DNA of 64,000 bases from an uncultured Chthonomonadaceae bacterium (GCA_963835065.1 CAWIEK010000024.1:88787-152786); one strand, 5' to 3'; shown: positions 9,504-19,560, counted from the stretch's first letter. Notes: generated by a model not told the origin, from the sequence alone. Numbers and translations: made by a program.

Positions 9504-10673
9504 TCACGAGGCTACCGTTTCTACCTTGTGAGCGTCTGCTTGCGTTTCGCTCAGGTCTGCGATTCTCGGCAGGGATGTCATGGTCAGCGCTTCCTCCGGC
9601 GTGGCGTGGAAAGTCAGCAATTCGTCACTTCGCGCCGCGCGCAGGGTTTTTTGGACGCGGGCATTGGCTCCGACGAGCCGCACTTCGCACCCCTTTTGCG
9701 CGGCGCGGCGCGGCAGGTTGAGCAGTGTGCCCATAATGGCGGCATCCACGCCTTCTACCCGCGTCAAATCCACAATCAAATGCGCGGGTAAATTCAGGAT
9801 GCGCTCACAGCGCGCATTGAGTTCCGCCTGCTGCGCGCTGTCCAAAACGCCTTCCGCGCACAAAATAACGCTTTCTTTCGCGCGGGATTCCGTCCATCGA
9901 GCGGGGGCAGGCGCGTTTTGCGTTCGGCTGACGCGCCATTGCGCCACAAAGCGGCTGCCGAACTGCCCCACGTCCCGCGTATAGCGCTTCCAAAGCCGTT
10001 TCGGTTCCTGTGACAGCCGAAACACCCACTCCAATCCCGATTTCTGCATCCACTGCGGCGCGCGAACCGTTTGCCCCGCCAGAAAATCAAAGGTTCCACC
10101 AACACCAATGCAGACGGAAACTTCTTGCAGGGCTTCCCGATTGCGGTATATCCACTTTTCCTGTTTGGGATTGCCGAACGCGACCAGCAGAATATCCGGC
10201 CTGGCGGCGCGAATGTCCCGCAGTAAGGGCGCATTGTCCATCTCGTCCAGCGGCTGCACGGGCGGCGACACGCAGCCCACGATTTGCAGGCCGGGATGCG
10301 CTTGAAGCAATTTGGCTTTGGCCTGCTGCGCCACTTCCGGCTTTGCGCCGATCATGTAAATGCGATAGCCTTTTTGCGCCGCAAGCGCGGCCAGGGCCGG
10401 CACGATGTCCGCGCCCGTCACCCGCTCCGGCAGCGCCGTTCCCAATGCGCGCGACGCCCACACCAGGGGCATACCATCCGGCATCACCAGATCGGCGTAG
10501 CGCAGGATATGGCGCAGTTCCGCATCGGACTCCGCATTGATGACAAAATCCGCGTTGGCCGTCGCCACCTGATGAAAGCGCTGTTCGCGTATAAATTGTT
10601 CCAGGCGCTCCAATACTCCCGGCATATCGAGAACGTCCACGGGCGTATTGAGAATGCAGACTAGTTGGCGCAT
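9504..10673 (-). CDS. WecB/TagA/CpsF glycosyltransferase (GT26) with C-terminal STAS domain
   Basis: PDGMPLVW, ERVTGADI, FGNPKQEKW, GVGGTFDF, RAPQWMQKSGLEW, EPKRLWKRY; C-terminal LIVDLTRVEGVDAAIMGTL STAS signature. Confidence 0.9.
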   Translation of the reverse strand: MRQLVCILNTPVDVLDMPGVLERLEQFIREQRFHQVATANADFVINAESDAELRHILRYADLVMPDGMPLVWASRALGTALPERVTGADIVPALAALAAQKGYRIYMIGAKPEVAQQAKAKLLQAHPGLQIVGCVSPPVQPLDEMDNAPLLRDIRAARPDILLVAFGNPKQEKWIYRNREALQEVSVCIGVGGTFDFLAGQTVRAPQWMQKSGLEWVFRLSQEPKRLWKRYTRDVGQFGSRFVAQWRVSRTQNAPAPARWTESRAKESVILCAEGVLDSAQQAELNARCERILNLPAHLIVDLTRVEGVDAAIMGTLLNLPRRAAQKGCEVRLVGANARVQKTLRAARSDELLTFHATPEEALTMTSLPRIADLSETQADAHKVETVAS

Positions 10674-10686
10674 GGCAGTCCTGAAA

Positions 10687-10801
10687 AGTAGTCAGTAGTC
10701 AGTAGTCAGTAGTCAGTAGAAATCCATCTTCTTGTAAACGAACACAAGCGCACAACTTTGAGTAGCAGAGAATTTCTACTGACTACTGACTACTGACTAC
10801 T
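10687..10801. repeat. Inverted pair of heptamer repeats (AGTAGTC)4 ... (GACTACT)3-4
   Basis: Arms 10687-10723 and 10772-10801; the right arm includes the GT2 stop codon. Confidence 0.85.
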
Positions 10802-12297
10802 TGCTAAGTTCATGTCGTTCCGTTCGTTTCCAGCCGCCGGCAGAACGGCCTGCCGCCATTACGGCGTAAACGCCCAGCTTCCACACAATATAAAAGGGGG
10901 CGCGCAGCAGGGAAAATGCGATGCGGGCCGGCATCCGCGCCACCCACATTCCCGTAAACAAATACCCGGCTTGCAGCAATAAAATCAGCGCCCACAGCCC
11001 CGCGAACGCCTGCGCCGTACGCCAGTGCAACCCCCAGCCCAGGAGCGCGCACAGGCCGCCCAACAGCACGGGCAAGGCGAACATTTCGGCAAACGGCGGC
11101 ACGATCAATTCAATCGCCCGATCCCGCAGCAGGCGGTTGCGCGTTCGCAGGCTTTCGCGCAGCAGGTTGGGCGCGACGGTAAACAACAGGCGGTAGCGCC
11201 CGCCTTCCCAGCGTTCGCGCTGACTTTTCGCCTGCGCGCCCGTTGTCGGCATTTGCGCCCATACGCAGGCTTCGGGCGTAAACGCGATCCGATACCCGGC
11301 GCGGCACAGGCGCAGGGCGTATTCGATGTCTTCCGTAATGGAATCGCCCGACCAGGGTATCTCTTCGACCACGCTTCGGGCAAAGCACATGCCGTTGCCC
11401 TTTAATCCGTCCGACAAGCCCAGGCGTTCCCGTCCCAACGGCTTGACGACGTGCGCGAGAGCCAGGGCGCAGCTCATCAGGCGCGTTCGCCAGCTTTCGT
11501 CCGTGTTCAGCACGTCGTACCGAGCCTGTATCGCCTTGTTTCCCGTCTGCAACTCCGCCGCAAACACGCGCAAGAGATTGGGCGATACAAACGTATCCGC
11601 GTCCAGTACTACAACGGCGTCAAAGTGCCGGGCGCGTTCCCAAGCCTCTGTGACGGCGGCATCATCGGCGGAACCGGAAAGCAGCCGCGTAGTCTCGCTT
11701 CCAACATGCGCCCCACTAGCATTTTGCGCCGCAAGCGTTTCTATATTGCCCCGTTCCGCAAGCGCGGGGTTGGAAACCGTGCCGACAACCGTATCGGCAG
11801 AAACGGCAGGCTGCATCAGCCAGTTGAGCATGTCTTCCAGGGCGAAGCCTTTGCCGATGCGCTGTGTATCGAAACGCTCCAACGCCAGCGCGCCGCATTG
11901 CCTCGCAATGGTCGCCGTTTGATCGTTGCAGTTGTCCGCAATCACCACCACTGCCACCGACTCCGGCGGATAATCCAGGCCGCGCAAGCCCTGCAAAGCC
12001 GCGCTCAATAACAATTCCTCATTGTGCGCCGGAATCAGCACGACAAAGCGCGGCAGCGAACCGGAAGCGGTATCCACTGAGCTTCTGCCGGGGTTCAGAT
12101 GAAGCAACAGGAAGCGCGGCGGCATCCGGGCGCGGCAAAATCACGACACGCTTCCTGCCGGGAAGGGCATTGAGCAACAGATACCATAAGTACGCCGCGC
12201 AGCCGGCAAAAAACAGCCAGGGCAGCGCCATAATTAGGGCAAACGCGATTTCTTCCCATGCGGCAAAATGAAGCAAAACCTGATTCCTACTCTCCAA
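10797..12297 (-). CDS. Glycosyltransferase family 2, frameshifted near 12100
   Basis: LIPAHNEE, ADNCND, GKGFAL, LDAD, GNGMCF, TED, QRERW; N-terminal TM lies in ORF 12019..12297. Confidence 0.85.
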
Positions 12298-12303
12298 ACC
12301 AAC

Positions 12304-13030
12304 CTATGAGAAAAACTTTTGCAGCGATTTGGGCATCGAGGTGGACACGCCGTTGAGAACTACGCCCAACACGCGCTCGTTGCCCACCGCATCCATCGCC
12401 CGCTGCACAATCTCGCGCGGCGTCACGCCTGCCGCCACCACCATCACAATGCCGTCCACAATCGGAGCCAGAACGCGCGTGTCCGCTACCGGCAGAACCG
12501 GGGCCATATCCATCACGATGAACTCATTTGCCATGCGCAGGGCGCTCATCACTTCCTGCAGGCGCGGGGAACGGGCCAATCGGTAAGGATTGGCGGCGGC
12601 GCGGCCTGCGGGCACAATGGTAAAGTTGTCCAGTTCGGTTCTTTTGTATGATGTTGGTAAGGTCGTCCTCGCCGCCCTCCAGAATGTCCACCAGGCCGGA
12701 ACACGGCGGCAGGTTCAGGCGGGTTTGCAAATCCCAATTGCGCAGGTTGGCATCCACCAGGGCAACGCGCTGCGACGAGTTCTGGGCAATCGTGCCCGCG
12801 AGGTTCATGGCAACGGTTGTTTTCCCCTCGCCATACACCGCGCTGGTCACGCCCACCACGAAACAGCGCGAAGGGCTGGACGCGCGCTCCAGGTCGGCAT
12901 GCAGCCGCGCGTATTCTTCAGGAATAACCAGAACGCCGTTGCCGTTTTTATGCCCGTTGGAGCCGTTCCCGTTGGGAGAACTGCCCAACCGCGACAACGC
13001 GCCGCCCCCCGCCAGAGTGTCTTGTGCCAT
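12304..13030 (-). CDS. CpsD/CapB-family tyrosine kinase (P-loop ATPase), frameshifted near 12645
   Basis: VTSAVYGEGKTTVAMNLA, LVDANLR, then IVMDMAPVLPVADT...DGIVMVV, LGVVLN in the second frame. Confidence 0.85.
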
Positions 13031-13061
13031 ACTTCTAACATCCGTCCTTGTCAAATTGGAG

Positions 13062-13166
13062 AGGCATTAGGCATTAGATATTAGGCATTAGGAAAATCAC
13101 TCTGGACAGCAAGGCTTTTCCTGATGCCTGGTGCCTAATGCCTAATATCTAATGCCTAATGCCTAA
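13062..13166. repeat. Inverted pair of heptamer repeats (GGCATTA)n ... (TAATGCC)n
   Basis: Arms ~13062-13092 and ~13119-13166; the right arm includes the stop of the co-polymerase gene. Confidence 0.85.
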
Positions 13167-14662
13167 CTTGGTAAACTGGGCCGATTATCGCCGCTTGCCA
13201 TCTGCCGCCGCGCCGCCTTTTTGTTGGCGTCCATGCGCGGCAGAACCGCCAGAACCGGCTTGCCCAGGTGCTTTTCCACTTCAATGGGTGTGCGCAGCGA
13301 ATGATCCATCGATTCGGACAGCAGGGAGAAACAGAACGCGATCAGCAGGCCGAGCAGCGGTCCCGCCGCCAGCATCAGCGCGCCCCGCGCGCCGCCTTTT
13401 TCCGCTTCCGCTTCCGGCTCAACCATAACTTTCAGTTCCTGCGCTTTGGTCTTGGAATCGCGCAGGGCGGTCAGGCGCGCGCTTTCCAGGTCCCCGCGCA
13501 GACTGGCGTGTATGCCGGCATACAGCCCCATGTCTTCGGTCATGTACTTGAACTTCAACGCCTCTTCCGGCGCAATGCGCGCCTTCTGATCCAGCGCGTT
13601 GCGCGCCGCAATCGCCGATTGCAGCGAGGATTGCAGGCTCGTAATGCCCAGCTCCTGATCGGTCAACTGCGTTTTCAGCGCCACATACTGCGGGTTATTA
13701 TTGACGCGAATGGAAACCGCCGGCCCTCTTGTCGGTGCGGTACTGGCCGCTTTTGCCAGGTCGTCCGCTTTGACTTTAGCCTCATCATACGCCTTTTGAG
13801 CCGCCTTCACGTCAGGGTGCGCGTCGGTTTTGGTCAATTTCAGCTCATTGAGATGCTTTTCAGACGCGTCGCGGTTCTGAATCGCAGTGGCATATTCGGG
13901 GGCTGCGCCAGGGCCGAGATAGGTGGTCGAATCGGGAATCGTCGGGGGCGTTGCCTGCAAAGCGGCGGCGATGGAAGCGCGCTGCTTCTGCGCCCCATCC
14001 AGTTGGCTTTGCAGCCGCTTTACTTCACTGTCGCGCTGCATCCACTCGCTGTTGGCAACGTCAAAGCTCAGGGCGGGATCGTGGATAGTCTTCAGTTGAT
14101 AGGCTTTGACTTTGTTATCCAGGTCGCGCTGCTTTGCTCCATAGTCATTAACCAGGGTCGCCAGCAGATCGGCGCGGGTCGTGGTCAGAATGGTTTCCTG
14201 ATCGAAGACGATACGGTTATACTTGCTGTAGAACGCCTTGACGATCTTTTCGCAGGTTGCGTCCGGCCAGTGGCAGGAGATTTCCAGGATGTTGCCGCCG
14301 TCCGAACTGTAGACAAGCGAGTTGTTCACCGCTTTGCAGAATTCCACGAATTCCAGTTCTGTTTTGCCTCGATCCAAATTCGCTTCGCGCATGGCCTGCT
14401 TGATGAAGTTGGGGTCGCGCACCATGATGTTGAGCACATCCAGCTTGAAGCGAATCGTGCCCCGTTGGCTGTCGTCGGGCGCACCCAGGACTTCCGATCC
14501 GGTCATTAGCACGATCATGCGCGCGTTGTAGGACTTGGCGCGGAACAGGTAGAAACCTGTGGTCGCCAGCGAGGCGAGAATGATGGAAACGATAAACAAT
14601 CGTTTGGAACGAAAAATCAGTTCCACATAGTTGAACAACGGCGAAGAGCCATACACACGCAT
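13163..14662 (-). CDS. Polysaccharide co-polymerase / chain-length determinant (Wzc/GumC N-terminal type)
   Basis: Two TMs flanking coiled coils, TDAHPDV motif, C-terminal DHSLRTPIEVEKHLGKPVLAVLP; GGGAGG RBS upstream. Confidence 0.88.
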   Translation of the reverse strand: MRVYGSSPLFNYVELIFRSKRLFIVSIILASLATTGFYLFRAKSYNARMIVLMTGSEVLGAPDDSQRGTIRFKLDVLNIMVRDPNFIKQAMREANLDRGKTELEFVEFCKAVNNSLVYSSDGGNILEISCHWPDATCEKIVKAFYSKYNRIVFDQETILTTTRADLLATLVNDYGAKQRDLDNKVKAYQLKTIHDPALSFDVANSEWMQRDSEVKRLQSQLDGAQKQRASIAAALQATPPTIPDSTTYLGPGAAPEYATAIQNRDASEKHLNELKLTKTDAHPDVKAAQKAYDEAKVKADDLAKAASTAPTRGPAVSIRVNNNPQYVALKTQLTDQELGITSLQSSLQSAIAARNALDQKARIAPEEALKFKYMTEDMGLYAGIHASLRGDLESARLTALRDSKTKAQELKVMVEPEAEAEKGGARGALMLAAGPLLGLLIAFCFSLLSESMDHSLRTPIEVEKHLGKPVLAVLPRMDANKKAARRQMASGDNRPSLPS

Positions 14663-14870
14663 TACCAGTACCTCCCAGCGACGAACAGCGCGCCGTACAT
14701 GCCCAAACATATAAAGGCGCTGCAAACAGGCTTCGCTTTCCCCGATAAGAACAAAGACAGAAGCGCGACAACCGAACAAACGCGAGAACGATTATGGCAG
14801 CGAAGTGACCGATTTTGCCATGCCGCGCATGAACTGCGCCTGCTTGCATAGGAACTCAATTTCTATACAT

Positions 14871-14887
14871 TGCAAGATTCGTGCCAA
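14871..14887 (-). promoter_or_regulatory. Sigma54 (-24/-12) promoter of the polysaccharide operon
   Basis: Minus strand TTGGCACGAATCTTGCA matches the YTGGCACG-N4-TTGCW consensus, ~210 bp upstream of the first gene. Confidence 0.8.
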
Positions 14888-15200
14888 CTTCGCTGTTTCG
14901 CGTATCGTCTTCAAATTATTACTAAGTGAGTTTACCAGCAAATCGCCCATCCTGCCGCCTTTGTTCTCGTTATCAGCCCTTTTACCGCAGTCGCTTGCGA
15001 AAGCAAACCGTTACGAACCTTGCCGCGTCCCGAACGTAAGCTATTGTCGGACGAACCCTCGGCCTGCTATAGAGTGACGGGTGGGAATTCCCGGTTAGGC
15101 AGTTGATACTTCATAGTTGATAGTTGATAGCATGGCAGGAACTACCAACTTTCAGCGTCCCACTGCTTAGGAACCATCCTGCCGGGCGTACCCGTAAATT

Positions 15201-15467
15201 CAGGTGTTCGGTATTCGGGTGTTCGGTGTTCGGGCGTTGGGACCTTATTCATTCGGCGTTGCTTACTAAGTTGCTGATAACGAGCAGTGGATGATTGCGG
15301 CGGGGCTTGTTGACGCTCATATAGGTTCTGTACGGATGCTTTGCCGGTCGCAGGTTCCCCTAACCGGCGCGCATTGGCTTAAAATTCCGAATACCGGTAA
15401 TTATTTTTTGGATAGTCCGCATGAACTTGCTGGATTGTCCGAACACCGAATACCGAATACCCAATAC
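15201..15467. repeat. Inverted pair of (TGTTCGG/TATTCGG)n ... (CCGAACA/CCGAATA)n repeats
   Basis: Arms ~15201-15233 and ~15437-15467 around a ~200-bp spacer. Confidence 0.7.
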
Positions 15468-15512
15468 CGGCATTTTCAAGATAGCGCCGCCTATTCCGCG
15501 GCAGGAGCGCGC

Positions 15513-16736
15513 GTGGAACCTAATCATCCCTCATCATCTCAAAATTCAGTTCCACCCGAAAACCCTGTGGAAGATACCTCAGGGGCGGCGAAGGAAGCGG
15601 AGGACACGTCTGAACTGGAACCCCTGCCGTTTCCTTATGTCAGCGTGATACTGCTGCTGCTGAACACGGCCTTATTTTTGCTGATGTGGAAGCTGGGGCG
15701 CGGCGAGGTGAGTCGCGTGGCCTATTTGTTCGGCGACAAGGAAAACGCCTTGATTCGCGCCGGGCAATGGTGGCGGCTGATTACGCCCATTTTCCTGCAT
15801 GGCGGCTGGGAACATTTGCTTGCCAACAGCCTGACGCTCGTGCTGCTCGGCATGCCGATGGAGCGCATTTACGGAGCGCGTAAATACTTTCTGGTGTACA
15901 TGCTGGCGGGCATTGCGGGCAATGTGAGCAGTTTTTGGTTTTCTCCCGCTTCTTCGCTCGGCGCGTCCGGGGCGCTGTACGGCCTGATGGGAGCCGGGTT
16001 GGTGTTCCCCCTGCGCTTTGGGCGCTACATTGACCCCCGCGCCCGCAAAGCATTTTTGACCCAGTTGGCCTGGGCCGCCTTCATCAACCTCAGTATAAAC
16101 TTCTGGCCGAACACAGGGCTTAATCTGGATAAGTTCGCTCACATTGGCGGAATGATCGGCGGGGGATTGGCGGCGCTGCTGTGGCTGCCGGACGTGCTGG
16201 AAGAGGAAGCGCCTTCACCGCTGCAACACCGCGCCCTCTGGAGCGCAGCCGCGCTGATGCTGCTGACGGTTCTGCTGGCCGGATGGCAGCAGTGGCAGTT
16301 TGCGCGCCATACCATCAGGAGCGTCGCTTCTTATTATACCCTGAATGGAGACGACCCCTGGTGGGGCCTGCAAATACCGTCGGGATGGCTGCCCCGCGAT
16401 ACGGTAGGGCAGGATGGCGTGGAATGGCAGGGACCCAATCAGGCGCGGCTGCAAATTCTGGATAATCAGGACGATTCGCTGCGGCTTTCGCAGGCCGAAG
16501 ACGAATTGAAAGCCCATCACGCGCAGGAGAGTCCGTATCCCATAGACGGCAAAAACGGCATCAAGGCTGTTTACAAGGAGGGCGACAAAACCGTGGAACT
16601 GCATCGGGTCGAAACCGACGGACACGCCATCAACATCCTGCTGACCTGCCCGACCTCAGCCTGGCCCCGCGTTCAGCCTATGTTTGAGGCCATGCTCGGC
16701 AGCGTCCGCTTCGTCCACGCGCCGAGGATTAGGTAG
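15513..16736 (+). CDS. Rhomboid intramembrane serine protease with C-terminal PsbP/DcrB-like domain
   Basis: WWRLITPIFLHGGWEHLLAN, GASG (Ser), AHIGG (His); C-terminal LQIPSGW...FEAMLGSVRF; GTG start after AGGAG is inferred. Confidence 0.88.
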   Translation: MEPNHPSSSQNSVPPENPVEDTSGAAKEAEDTSELEPLPFPYVSVILLLLNTALFLLMWKLGRGEVSRVAYLFGDKENALIRAGQWWRLITPIFLHGGWEHLLANSLTLVLLGMPMERIYGARKYFLVYMLAGIAGNVSSFWFSPASSLGASGALYGLMGAGLVFPLRFGRYIDPRARKAFLTQLAWAAFINLSINFWPNTGLNLDKFAHIGGMIGGGLAALLWLPDVLEEEAPSPLQHRALWSAAALMLLTVLLAGWQQWQFARHTIRSVASYYTLNGDDPWWGLQIPSGWLPRDTVGQDGVEWQGPNQARLQILDNQDDSLRLSQAEDELKAHHAQESPYPIDGKNGIKAVYKEGDKTVELHRVETDGHAINILLTCPTSAWPRVQPMFEAMLGSVRFVHAPRIR

Positions 16737-16845
16737 GTATTCGGGGATTCAGGTGTTCAGGAGTAGCCTTGACGCATGGGAGTAATCTTCTGCGCTTCTG
16801 CATTGCCTGAACACCCGAACACCCGAATACCTGAACACCTGCCTA
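16735..16845. repeat. Inverted pair of degenerate 7-9-mer repeats between convergent genes
   Basis: gtattcggggattcaggtgttcagg ... cctgaacacccgaacacccgaatacctgaacacct. Confidence 0.7.
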
Positions 16846-17616
16846 ACGCTGAACCGGCACGATGATTTCCTGCTGCGCCACTTTGTTTCCTGTGGTTGAT
16901 GACAGGAAAGTAAGCGCAAGACGGACGCGCGAACCGGAAATGCCGTTGGGCAGGGGCAGTCGCAGCGTGGAAACGCCGGACGTATCGAAATGTCCCTGCA
17001 CACCCGGCGCGGAATTCGCTTCCGGGGTTTCACTGTCGGACGAAAGCTGAACGTGGTAGGTCAGGGCCTCCAATGCGCTCGCTTTATCGGGATCGGCTTT
17101 CAGCGAGAGAACAAGCGTCCCGCCGCCGGAAGCATCGGCCAGCCACTCGGCGTGAGTAGCGGTAATGGCGGGCAGGGCCGCGGCGTTATCGGAAGCGTTG
17201 GGCTGCAAGTGCAGAATACGCGCGGCCATGCCAAGCGGTCCCAAAGCGGCGCGCTGGCTTTGTACGAGTTCCAGGCTGCTAAGAGCCAGAACCAGAGCAG
17301 TTGCAGCATAAGCGAGGGTACGGGGCCGGAACAAATCGCGCAGGTTCCAGGCCGCGCCCAAACCGCGTGGTTTCGCTGTTTGCTGTTCCGCTTCCAGGTG
17401 CGCGTCCAAAGCGTCCATGATGCTCGCGTGAAGGCGGGCGGGCGGCTCTGCAAGCGGCATTTTGTCCAAATGCGCCCAGACGGACCGCAGCGCAGACACT
17501 TCCTCGCGGCACGGACCGCAGGCGGCCAAATGGTTGTCCACGCTGACCGTCATCGCCGGATCCAAAGCGCGTTCAATGTAATCTGAAAAAAGTTCGTTTG
17601 CCTGTTGACAGTGCAT
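16843..17616 (-). CDS. Anti-sigma factor (zf-HC2, RsiW-like)
   Basis: C...HLAACGPC zinc motif, a TM segment and an extracytoplasmic C-terminus; directly downstream of the ECF sigma. Confidence 0.88.
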   Translation of the reverse strand: MHCQQANELFSDYIERALDPAMTVSVDNHLAACGPCREEVSALRSVWAHLDKMPLAEPPARLHASIMDALDAHLEAEQQTAKPRGLGAAWNLRDLFRPRTLAYAATALVLALSSLELVQSQRAALGPLGMAARILHLQPNASDNAAALPAITATHAEWLADASGGGTLVLSLKADPDKASALEALTYHVQLSSDSETPEANSAPGVQGHFDTSGVSTLRLPLPNGISGSRVRLALTFLSSTTGNKVAQQEIIVPVQR

Positions 17617-17635
17617 GATTCTTCCTGACAGGGAG

Positions 17636-17720
17636 GTAGGCATTAGATATTTAGATATTAGGCATTAGTAACGAATTTGGCTGCTCGTACTAATTCCTAA
17701 TGCCTAGTGCCTAATGCCTG
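17636..17720. repeat. Inverted pair (GGCATTA)n ... (TAATGCC)n
   Basis: taggcattagatatttagatattaggcattagta ... tactaattcctaatgcctagtgcctaatgcct. Confidence 0.8.
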
Positions 17721-17754
17721 CCGATTGATTGCGCTTGTTTTGACGACACCTGTT

Positions 17755-18333
17755 TTAGAATAGTTCCTTGAGCGGTTCAAGTTTTTCGCGCAGGGTCAGG
17801 CGGGCGCGGTTCAGTCGGGATTTGACGGTTCCGATGGGAAGGGCCAGGGCTTCGGCGATTTCTTCATAAGAAAGCCCTTCCGTGTGGTACAGCACGATCA
17901 TCGCGCGCTGGTAATCGGGCAGGGAATTGATGGCTTGCTGCAGCATATCCTGGCGTTCGCTGGCTTCGGCGCGCATAGCCGGCGTGGGGGCGGGGTCTTC
18001 CACCTGCCGCGCGACGCTGTTTTCTTCCAGTTCGATGTACTCTTCCAGTGACAGATGCTGTTTGTTGCGCAGGCGCTTGCGCCGATCCAGATACACGTTG
18101 GTAACGATACGGAATAGCCAGGTGGAAAAGTTGGCCTCGCCGCGAAACAGTTTCAGCGCCTGAAACACCCGAATAAAGGCATCTACGCTGATGTCGTTGG
18201 CTTCGTCGTAGTGCCCGCTCAGGCGGTACGCCAGATTGTACACCCGTTTTTCGTAGGCGTGTATCAGGACGTCAAAGGCGCGTCGGTCGCCCCGCTTGCA
18301 TTTTTCAATCAGTAGTCGCTCGGTGTTGTCCAT
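17755..18333 (-). CDS. ECF RNA polymerase sigma-70 factor (SigW/RpoE-like)
   Basis: GDRRAF, FRGEANFSTWLFRI (region 2), GLSYEEIAEALALPIGTVKSRLNRAR (region 4). Confidence 0.93.
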   Translation of the reverse strand: MDNTERLLIEKCKRGDRRAFDVLIHAYEKRVYNLAYRLSGHYDEANDISVDAFIRVFQALKLFRGEANFSTWLFRIVTNVYLDRRKRLRNKQHLSLEEYIELEENSVARQVEDPAPTPAMRAEASERQDMLQQAINSLPDYQRAMIVLYHTEGLSYEEIAEALALPIGTVKSRLNRARLTLREKLEPLKELF

Positions 18334-18338
18334 AGGTA

Positions 18339-18407
18339 AGGCATTAGGCATTAGGCATTAGGTATTAGGTATTCGGACTGATATCTAATGCCTAATACCT
18401 AATGCCT
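18339..18407. repeat. Inverted pair (GGCATTA)n ... (TAATGCC)n
   Basis: aggcattaggcattaggcattaggtattaggtatt ... ctaatgcctaatacctaatgcct. Confidence 0.8.
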
Positions 18408-18916
18408 CATCCTCTCTGCGCAAGTTCGCGCAGCAGGCGTTCTTCTTCCCGGGAAAGCGCGTGGCTGGCGCGTCCGGCCTGGATGTATTTGGCATATACG
18501 CGCGCGTCCATGCGGCTGTACACGCTGGTCAGCACCACGCCGTCGCCTTGCGCGTTGAGCAGGGCCAGGGAAAAACTCTGTTCGCCGCCCACATCTTCGA
18601 AGGCGTCGTAGCGTATCAGGTGAACGCGCTGCAAACAGGTGGGCATTTGCGCCTGCAGGACGCCGATGGCTTGTTCCAGGCTGTCCATGCGGCGCTCGGC
18701 GCTTTCCACTTTGCCCAGGTGCGCGGTCAGCGTTTGTTCTAAATTATGGCCTTCCGCGCCGCGCGCAAGAGCGTTGAACCGCAGATTCAAGCGGCGCAGG
18801 CGCAGCGCCATAACAATCACTGCCAACAGCAGGAACGCGACAAGGCCTGTCAGCGTTAGTAACAACAGGGCGGCGTTATCGCCGCGCAGCAGGTCGCTGC
18901 GTACAATATCAGGCAC
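18407..18916 (-). CDS. DUF4446 family protein
   Basis: N-terminal TM, RYDAFEDVGGEQSFSLALLN...GDGVVLTS...RVYAK...LSREE. Confidence 0.85.
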   Translation of the reverse strand: MPDIVRSDLLRGDNAALLLLTLTGLVAFLLLAVIVMALRLRRLNLRFNALARGAEGHNLEQTLTAHLGKVESAERRMDSLEQAIGVLQAQMPTCLQRVHLIRYDAFEDVGGEQSFSLALLNAQGDGVVLTSVYSRMDARVYAKYIQAGRASHALSREEERLLRELAQRG

Positions 18917-18981
18917 TGCGCAACCTCATTGGCAAATTCAGCGCTGTAGAATTCAGCGTTGTCAACAGGAAAACACACATT

Positions 18982-19479
18982 ATGTCACGCTCCGTTCGCC
19001 GCCAGGTCGCTTTCGTGCTGGTGTTTCTGGTGGTCGTGCTGTTATTTGTTACCATGTATCGGATGGCGGTGGTGCGCGGCAATTCCATGGAACCCACGTA
19101 TGTCAGCGGGCAGTTGGTGCTGGTGCGGCGGCGCAACTGGTTCAGCGCGCCCCTGCATCGCAATGATGTGGTGGTGGTGCGCCAGAACCGGGACGTGATT
19201 ATCAAGCGCGTGTATCGTCTGGAAAATGAAGAAATGACGGACACCTTTCCTTATCGGGCGCAGGACGTGAATCTCCGCGTCATGGATTACTACGAGCAGC
19301 AGCCTGCCATCCGTCCGCCGGGTTCGCCGCCGCCCCGCCTGTTCGTGCCGAAAGGGTATATCGTGGTGTTGGGCGACAACCTGCGCGTGTCCGAAGACAG
19401 CCGCATCTTCGGCCCGGTTCCCCTGCGCGACGTGCTGGGCGTCGTCGTCAACAGCCCGCCCCCGCCGTATGCGTGGTAG
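18982..19479 (+). CDS. lepB: Signal peptidase I
   Basis: TM, GNSMEPT (Ser), IIKRV (Lys), VLGDNLRVSEDSRIFGPV. Confidence 0.9.
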   Translation: MSRSVRRQVAFVLVFLVVVLLFVTMYRMAVVRGNSMEPTYVSGQLVLVRRRNWFSAPLHRNDVVVVRQNRDVIIKRVYRLENEEMTDTFPYRAQDVNLRVMDYYEQQPAIRPPGSPPPRLFVPKGYIVVLGDNLRVSEDSRIFGPVPLRDVLGVVVNSPPPPYAW

Positions 19480-19493
19480 GCAAGGAAGGTAAC

Positions 19494-19560
19494 GATGAGT
19501 GATGAATGATGAATGATGAATTGGATGCACACTCATTACTCATCATTCATCATTCATCAC
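19494..19560. repeat. Inverted pair (GATGAAT)n ... (ATTCATC)n
   Basis: gatgagtgatgaatgatgaatgatgaat ... tcattactcatcattcatcattcatcac. Confidence 0.8.

Noticed and set aside
14990..15200. c-di-GMP or cobalamin riboswitch upstream of the EPS operon
   Set aside because: Only fragments (GCAAAC, GGGACGC) match, not in the required arrangement, and the region lies upstream of the sigma54 promoter.
10687..19560. Short repeats as a CRISPR array
   Set aside because: Units are 7-bp tandem repeats without regular unique spacers, and no cas genes are present.
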